Source: Paraspadella gotoi (lineage: Eukaryota; Animalia; Chaetognatha). From it: 5,956 bases of DNA. Each line of letters begins with the position of its first letter. Position 1 is the first letter of the stretch. The notes below the pieces were generated by a model. That model was not told where the DNA came from, did no database searches, and was given only the letters and a program-made list of their open reading frames with translations. Of the stretch, positions 1 to 5,956 are shown piece by piece. The stretch covers positions 1-5,956 of the forward strand of contig JBJCIZ010001369.1 of the NCBI GenBank assembly GCA_051294375.1, written 5' to 3'. Position numbers and translations under genes: made by a program.

Positions 1-453
1 ATGGCATCTCAATTTTCGCATATGACGGACTTCGCCGCCCTGCCAACCAATTATTTTTTTGTCGCTCATTTTCCTCTTTCTCCCCTTTTCATCATTTGAT
101 TATGCAAATCCNNNNNNNNNNNNNNNNNNNNNNNNNNNNNNNNNNNNNNNNNNNNNNNNNNNNNNNNNNNNNNNNNNNNNNNNNNNNNNNNNNNNNNNNN
201 NNNNNNNNNNNNNNNNNNNNNNNNNNNNNNNNNNNNNNNNNNNNNNNNNNNNNNNNNNNNNNNNNNNNNNNNNNNNNNNNNNNNNNNNNNNNNNNNNNNN
301 NNNNNNNNNNNNNNNNNNNNNNNNNNNNNNNNNNNNNNNNNNNNNNNNNNNNNNNNNNNNNNNNNNNNTTTTTAAATTAAGGTAACCTCTGAAATGATCC
401 ATAATAATGTATTTAAGTTATTCGATATTGTATAGGATCAGTAAGCTTTTTTA
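1..453 (+). repeat. Long direct repeat, copy 1 (truncated by the window start and interrupted by an N gap)
   Basis: 1-111 (GGCATCTCAATT..ATATGACGGACTTCGCCGCC..TTTGATTATGCAAAT) matches ~4749-4862. 369-453 (GGTAACCTCT..GTTATTCGATAT..ATAGGATC..CTTTTTTA) matches ~5216-5304. Similarity ends after the T run. Confidence 0.92.
112..368. other. Assembly gap (257 N)
   Basis: Run of N. Confidence 1.
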
Positions 454-520
454 TATGTGATTCTGACATCTGTCGGGTTTCATTACATTATGTGTCATTT
501 TTGGGACACCTTATTCAGTC

Positions 521-830
521 CCGTTGTCACATGCAAATCACGAATCGACCTGTCAACACGCGCGCCGCGAGAAAAATGATCTGCCGCGTATCATCCCGCG
601 CGAACAGACATTAGGTTCGAGAAGAGGAGAGTGAAAAAGGCCGGTCACATACAAAATCACCGATTGCCTGTCAAAGCGCGGCGCGAGATAAATGATTGCC
701 CGCATTCCATCCGCCGAGCGAACAACATTTCAGGTTCATGAGAAGAGAGAGAGAGAAGAGGGAGGTTGCCCGGCGGTTCCCATCCTCGCGCAGACAGAAT
801 TTTAGTTACGGAGAGAGAGAGAGAGAAGAG
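521..830. repeat. Degenerate ~120-bp tandem repeat (2 copies plus a partial third), each copy ending in a GA-rich tail
   Basis: GTCACAT..AAATCAC..CCTGTCAA..CGCGAGA.AAATGAT.TGCC..CATCC..GCGAACA..AGGTTC..GAGAAGAG starts at 526 and again at 644. The 3' half (TGCC..CATCC.CGCG..ACAGA..TTAG.T..GAGAG) recurs at ~767-830. Confidence 0.85.
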
Positions 831-862
831 AGAGAGAAAAAGAGAGAGAGAAGAGAGAGAGA
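811..862 (+). repeat. Imperfect (GA)n microsatellite, a pure purine tract
   Basis: 52 nt containing only G and A. Confidence 0.95.
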
Positions 863-1315
863 ATGAGACAATTACCGACGCTCTGTTCGCATCCCGCGGC
901 ATACAACTGGAACCATCGATGCTTCTACTGTTTGCGGGTTAATACTCGCGGCGCCCGATATTCTTTCAAAACTCGTCACTTGTTGACAGCTCATACCGCA
1001 GAGCAATGTTTACTTCTGTCACTGTTGGGACCGCAAGCCCCATAAAAAACTTTCGTGAATATGCGGTTCCCCGGCATTTATTCCAACAGTTAACTAAACA
1101 ATAGAACCTATTCATTGGTAAATATTTTTTATTTTCAAAACATAGGTTTCTAATCTAACAAAGGACAACTACAGACATTGTCACCGGGCCATTCAGAATA
1201 ACCAGAATAACCTACGAAGTATTATTTCTGCAAATGCCACACGCAATAATAGCATGAGAGAAACAATAATCAATACGGCTACAATATGTAAGTTATGATC
1301 TCGTTCTCGTTTCCC

Positions 1316-1723
1316 AAAAATTTGGAAATCTTGAGTAATATATTTTTATTTATTTTTTTTAATCTCTACCCGAATTCGTTTTTAAAAATTCTTATTTTGA
1401 AAAAAAAATATTTTCATATTCATATATAATACGATACTTTAAAATGCTTTATGTTATTAACTGTATATAAAATCTTAAATTTTTTTTTAATTTTGTTATC
1501 CACGGGTATGCTCTAACGTTCATTTATATTACAGAACTCTTGTTTTACTTTGTTCCGCGCTTATGCCATGTATCTTTAATTATTATCTATCCCTGTTAAG
1601 TACCTCTCTTCTCTCTCTTCTTTCTTAACAAATGTTCATTTCCTTTTTTAAAAAAACTCACTCATCGGTCAACTACCGCTGTCCTCACCTTGACCACTCT
1701 TCTTCTCACCACTTTGTTGGAAA
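1316..1723. repeat. Left terminal A-C module (~410 bp); block C = 1556-1723
   Basis: Block C (ATGTATCTTT..TATCCCTGTTAAGT..(CT)n..AAAAAAACTCACTCATC..CTGTCCTCAC..CACTTTGT.TGGAAA) is present only here and at 3595-3771. Confidence 0.92.
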
Positions 1724-3354
1724 TTATCAATGCATAGGCAATGAAAAAACTTTTTAATAAAAATTTTTTTTAAGAACATTGACTTCGATAGCTCAATAAA
1801 TTTTCTACACAAAGTATAACTCGTTTTCAATATTTCAATAAAGGGGCCACAACAAGGAAAACTCTTTAAAATCATCATCATCTCTCGTCGTACATAATTT
1901 TATAGTTTTTTTGCTAACATTTTAACGGCAATATAAACAAAACAATTTGGAAATCTTTAGTAATATTTTATTATTTATTTTTTTTATCTCTACCCGATCC
2001 GTTTTTAAAATTTTGATTTTGAAAAAAATATTTATGATTTATATATACGATAACCTTTAAATGCTTCTATGTTATTAACTGTTATATAAAATCTTAATTT
2101 TTTTTACTTTCGTTATCCCACAGGGATGCTCTAAACGTTATTTATAATTACAGACTCTTTAGTTTTTTACTTTGTTCTGCATTGAAGCATTTAAATTTTA
2201 TTCAATGCTAGACATGAAAACAACTTTTTTATAAAAAAAATTATTTTTAAACAGATTCAGATAGCCTATTAAAAGTTTTCTACACAAAGTATAACCGTTT
2301 TTTAATATTTTCAATGATAAGTGGAGCCAACAAAGGAACTCTTTAAAATCTCATCAGTCATGTCCGTACCGATAAATTTTAATAGTTTTTGCTATTTTTA
2401 AGCAATAAAACAAAACAATTGAAATCTGTAGTAATATTTTTTATTTTTTTTTAACTTCTACCGAATCCGTTTTTAAAAATTCTGATTTGGAAAAAATATT
2501 TTCATGCATTTAAGAATCGATAAACTTTAAATGCTTTCTATGTTATTAACTGTATATAAATCTTAAATTTTTTAATTTCGATTATCCCACAGGGATGCTT
2601 CTAAACTTATTTATATTACAGAACTCTTAGTTTTTTACTTTTGTTCTGCATTGAAAGCATTTAATATTTATCAATGCCATAGACAAGAAAAAACTTTTTA
2701 TAAAATTTATTTTTTCAGAAACAGATTTCAGATACCACAAAAAAGTTTTCTACACAAAGTATTAATCGTTTTTCAATATTATTCATGATAAGTGGGCCAA
2801 ACAAGGAAAACCTTTTAATCATTCCATCATCATGCGTCTTACCATAATTTTATAGTTTTTGCTAATTTTAAGCAATAAACAAACACAATTTGGAAATCTT
2901 TAGTAATATTTTTGTATTTATTTTTTTAATCTCTACCCCGAATCCGTTTTTAAAAAATTCTGATTTTGGAAAAAAAAATATTTCATGATTTATTATAATA
3001 CGATAAACCTTTAAATGTTCTATGTTTATTCTGTATATAAAATCTTAATTTTTTTTAATTTTCTTATCCCAACAGGGATGCTCTGACGTTATTTATATTA
3101 AGAAACTCTTAGTTTTTATCTTGTTTTCTGCATTGAAGCATTTAAATATTTATCATGCATAGACAATGAAAAAAACTTTTATAAAAAATTTAATTTTAAG
3201 AACAGATTCAGATAGCCATAAAAAGTTTTCTACACACAAAGTATAAGCTTTTACATATTTCAAGATAAGTGGGCCAATATAAGGAAAATCTTTAAAAATA
3301 ATCTCATCGTGTACCATAATTTTATAGTTTTTTTGTAATTTTAGCAATAAACAA

Positions 3355-3771
3355 AAAAATTTGGAAATCTTGTAGTAATATTTTTTATTATTTTTTAATC
3401 TACCCGAATTCGTTTATTTAAAAATTCTGATTTTGGAAAAAAAAATATTTTCATGATTATAGTATACGATAAACTTTAAATGCTTCAATGTATAACTGTA
3501 ATAGTAAAATCTTAAATTTTTTTTTTTAATTTCGTATATCCCACAGGATGCTCTAACGTTATTTTATTACAGAATCTTATTTGTACTTTGGTTCGCCTTA
3601 TTGCACAATGTATCTTTTATTATTTAATTTATCCCTGTTAAGTCATATCTCTCTCTCTCTCTTTCTCTCTAACAATTTCAATTTCTTTTTTTAAAAAAAC
3701 TCACTCATCTGTGTTCAACTTACCCTGTCCTCACTCTGACACTATTCTGTCTCACGCACTTTGTGTGGAAA
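3355..3771. repeat. Right terminal A-C module (~415 bp); block C = 3595-3771
   Basis: Direct repeat of 1316-1723. It continues into unique CT-rich flank rather than into block B. Confidence 0.92.
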
Positions 3772-3784
3772 CTTTAACTCTCCT

Positions 3785-3810
3785 TCTCTCTCTCTCTCTC
3801 TCCCTCTCTC
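3785..3810 (+). repeat. (TC)n microsatellite
   Basis: (TC)9 CC (TC)3. Confidence 0.95.
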
Positions 3811-4320
3811 AGCACTCTTCTATTTGCTCAATAATTATCCAAACTAAAAAACGCTGACAAGAAGTTGAATGCTAAAGCCGAAAATGTCTGTTTAATCACA
3901 TAACAAATTTCGTTGAAAACCAAATAAACTTTTTTTCTCTAAATCATTACAACGAAAAAGAAAGGTTAAATCACTAATTTCAAATTTAAATTTTTTAGTT
4001 CTTTTTACAATGTCTCGAATCATTCGATGGGGAAGTTTTTGAAATCTCATGCCAAAAAATTTCAGAATATAATTTTCAGAGATGAGAGAGACGCAGAGAG
4101 ACAGAGAGAGCGAGAGACGCCAACGCCGTTAATTAACTATTTGTACGTGGGGAAGCAATTACGCGTCAAATAAATTCCCCATCGTCTTTCGCCTTCCCCA
4201 ATGGTCCCCTCACTACGCGAGACCTCTTCAAATTATAACGATTCGCCCTAAAACGTGAGACCCGTATTTTTTTACTTTTCGTCTCATTCGGAGCAAATGC
4301 TCCAGGGTTTGTTCGATTCC

Positions 4321-4628
4321 CATCTCGACCGCGCGTCGCGGTCGTCGTTTCCGGCCCCATTTTGAATCGGGTCGAACGCATCCCTGTCATCGCGGCGCTC
4401 GTCGTGTCGCGGTCCACGTTTGCGCTCGAGTCGAGCGCTCCCCCGTCTCGCCGGCGCTCGTCGTCGCGCCCGCGTTTCGGTCGAGCTCCGCGCAATCGCA
4501 TTGACATCGCCCGTCGGTCGTCGTTGGCGGAACTCGTTCGGTCGAGCTCGAGCGCAATCCTCCAGTCTCGTATGCTCGTCATTGGGCATTGCCGTCGTCG
4601 TTGTCGTCCGTTTCTCGCAGCGCAATCC
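4321..4628. repeat. GC/CpG-rich degenerate ~59-bp tandem repeat (3 clear units and 2 weak ones)
   Basis: Clear units start near 4388, 4447 and 4505, weaker ones near 4321 and 4567. Shared pattern: C(A)TCGC..GGCGCTCGTCGT..CGTTTCGGTCGAGCTCGAGCGCAATC. Confidence 0.75.
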
Positions 4629-4681
4629 GCAACACGTTTACGCTCAAATCGTAGATATAAATGTAAAATCATTTTTGCAAG

Positions 4682-4703
4682 GAGAGAGAGAGAGAGAGAG
4701 AGA
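4682..4703 (+). repeat. (GA)11 microsatellite
   Basis: Perfect dinucleotide run. Confidence 0.97.
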
Positions 4704-4748
4704 AAAACGAAGAGAGGAGCGACTTCAATTTCAGCTTTCAATGGAATC

Positions 4749-5304
4749 ATCGGCATCTCAATTATTCGCTATATGACGGACTTCGCCGCCTGCAACCAAT
4801 TACATCTTTTTGTCGCTCATTTCCTCTTTCTACCCTTTTATCAATTTGATTATGCAAATGCCTCAGGCCTTAAGAATCCTGAATTTGGTTTGACATTGAT
4901 GGGAGGGATTAAAGAGTTTTAACATTGTATCAAGCTTCCTTTTATTAAGTTTCGGTCTTTGTACTACTTAATTTTTTTATTATGCTATAATTCATGTTAA
5001 TACAATTTTTTATATAAAACCAAATACAGATGAGACGAGGCACGAAGCAACACCATGAGAGATGGGCGAGAGAAGAGAGAGAGAAGTAAGAGAGAGAGAG
5101 AGAGGAGAGAAGATTTTACGTGATCTTCGTTTCTATTAGCTAAATCTAGTTTTCTGAGATAACTATGTCAAGATAATTTATTCTACATTTCTGATGATAC
5201 TTTATTTTACATAAATTTTTAATTACGGTAACCTCTCGAATGAATCCATAATATGTATATATGAGTTATTCGATATGCTAATAGGATCGTAATGCCTTTT
5301 TTTA
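4749..5304 (+). repeat. Long direct repeat, copy 2 (true left boundary unknown because copy 1 is cut by the window edge)
   Basis: Matches 1-111 and 369-453. Its middle (4863-5215) corresponds to the N gap in copy 1. Confidence 0.92.
5068..5113 (+). repeat. Imperfect (GA)n tract
   Basis: GAGAGAAGAGAGAGAGAAGTAAGAGAGAGAGAGAGAGGAGAGAAGA. Confidence 0.9.
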
Positions 5305-5338
5305 GCGATAAGTGTAGAAAAAACTTTTAAGGTATAAA

Positions 5339-5365
5339 GAGAGAAGGAGAGAGAGAGAGAGAGAG
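5339..5365 (+). repeat. Imperfect (GA)n tract
   Basis: GAGAGAAG followed by (GA)9G. Confidence 0.9.
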
Positions 5366-5527
5366 TAACGAAAAATAATCAAAAGCCGGGGGTCAAATGC
5401 GTATTTTCGTTCTCGCCATAGGACCCCGATATCAACAAAAAGATGTCATCAACAAATGTAACTCTATTATCTATATATTTCAATGTATTAATCTATCATA
5501 TACACCTACGCTTGCATGCACACGCCA

Positions 5528-5604
5528 GAGTGAGAGAGAGAGCAGAGTAGAGAGGAGAGCACAGAATACATCACAGATAACACACACAGAGAGAGAGAGA
5601 GGGA
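5528..5604 (+). repeat. GA/CA low-complexity region
   Basis: GA-rich 5528-5559, then (CA)4(GA)6 at 5581-5600. Confidence 0.85.
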
Positions 5605-5652
5605 GCACGGCGACCGTCAAGATTTTGTATGAGGCATACGACTTTTCTCGTC

Positions 5653-5677
5653 NNNNNNNNNNNNNNNNNNNNNNNNN
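5653..5677. other. Assembly gap (25 N)
   Basis: Run of N. Confidence 1.
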
Positions 5678-5683
5678 CGCGCC

Positions 5684-5856
5684 ATGGCTTCTAATTCTCA
5701 TTCTGATATTTCGGACAACCAAGATGAAAGAACGTCGTCCCAACCAAAAAATTACCTCAACTGAATAAAGAAAAAATAAATCAAATACTCGCCTCAAAGG
5801 ATTATAACAGCAAAAATAAAAACTACAACAAAAATTATTCGGACGCCTGCGCATTG
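5684..5856 (+). other. Possible frameshifted 5' coding fragment of an unknown protein
   Basis: GCCATGG Kozak context. The frame reads MASNSHSDISDNQDERTSSQPKNYLN* (5684-5764). An overlapping frame is open from 5728 to the gap (KLPQLNKEKINQILASKDYNSKNKNYNKNYSDACAL) and could be joined at the A6 run 5746-5751. No recognisable domain. Confidence 0.2.
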
Positions 5857-5866
5857 NNNNNNNNNN
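5857..5866. other. Assembly gap (10 N)
   Basis: Run of N. Confidence 1.
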
Positions 5867-5956
5867 CTCAACCTTGGATTTATCCCTTTCCTCAAAATCT
5901 TCCATGAGACAGAGTTCCAAGAAAACCAAGAAAATTCTTTCTTTCGTGATTCAAAC

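Larger units (their letters stand above)
1316..3771. repeat. Composite AT-rich tandem array A-C-B-(A-x-B)3-A-C, inner period ~471 bp
   Basis: The anchor TT(TG)GAAATCT occurs at 1321, 1946, ~2419, 2889 and 3360 (spacings 625, 473, 470, 471). TTTTCTACACA occurs 4 times (block B). The ATCCCACAGGGATGCTCT-like motif occurs 5 times (block A). Confidence 0.97.

Noticed and set aside
59-402. Three track ORFs of 94-108 aa
   Set aside because: They consist almost entirely of N-gap codons.
462-522. Small hairpins (CTGACA-TC-TGTCGG; GGGAC-N10-GTCCC)
   Set aside because: The stems are too short to distinguish from chance.
657-1045. ORFs 657-902 (-) and 863-1045 (+)
   Set aside because: Both are short. 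The first is kept open by the GA microsatellite (SLSL runs), and neither has a recognisable motif.
1669-3347. ORFs 1669-1881 and 3153-3347 as intact genes
   Set aside because: They cover the same repeat block but change frame relative to each other and are not preserved in the other copies. They are kept only as a weak relic hypothesis.
1316-3771. CRISPR array, mitochondrial control-region repeat or ichnovirus rep gene
   Set aside because: There is no short repeat with unique spacers, no flanking tRNA/rRNA, and the translated fragments do not resemble any family I recognise.
4146-4155. Su(H)/CSL binding site
   Set aside because: The sequence is GTGGGGAA (four G), not the canonical GTGGGAA.
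4166-4922. Four overlapping ORFs of 113-196 aa
   Set aside because: They are open on both strands because the GC-rich repeat and (GA)11 lack stops. The products are Arg/Ser low-complexity with no domain.
1-5304. Intact LTR retrotransposon or polydnavirus proviral segment
   Set aside because: Only the direct repeats fit. There are no canonical termini, PBS, gag/pol or viral genes, and the AGCT at 444-447 is not conserved in copy 2.
5397-5929. ORFs 5397-5768 (+) and 5480-5929 (-)
   Set aside because: They cross N gaps of uncertain length and GA/CA microsatellites.

Overview
Apparently eukaryotic, mostly non-coding draft sequence. It is AT-rich with CpG-rich patches and many (GA)n/(CT)n tracts, and has three N gaps (112-368, 5653-5677, 5857-5866). 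I recognise no gene, RNA gene, CRISPR array or transposase. The window is dominated by repeats at several scales. (1) A long direct repeat links 1-453 to ~4749-5304. (2) A degenerate ~120-bp tandem repeat lies at ~521-830. (3) A composite AT-rich array at ~1316-3771 has the block order A-C-B-A-x-B-A-x-B-A-x-B-A-C with an inner period of ~471 bp; its short linker x is an inverted copy of sequence from the neighbouring blocks. (4) A GC-rich ~59-bp degenerate repeat lies at ~4321-4628. Repeat copies differ mainly by scattered 1-bp indels, which suggests poorly polished long-read sequence, so reading frames and fine detail are unreliable. I cannot support a new biological system here; the architecture of the 471-bp array is the most interesting element. 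All alignments were done by eye.
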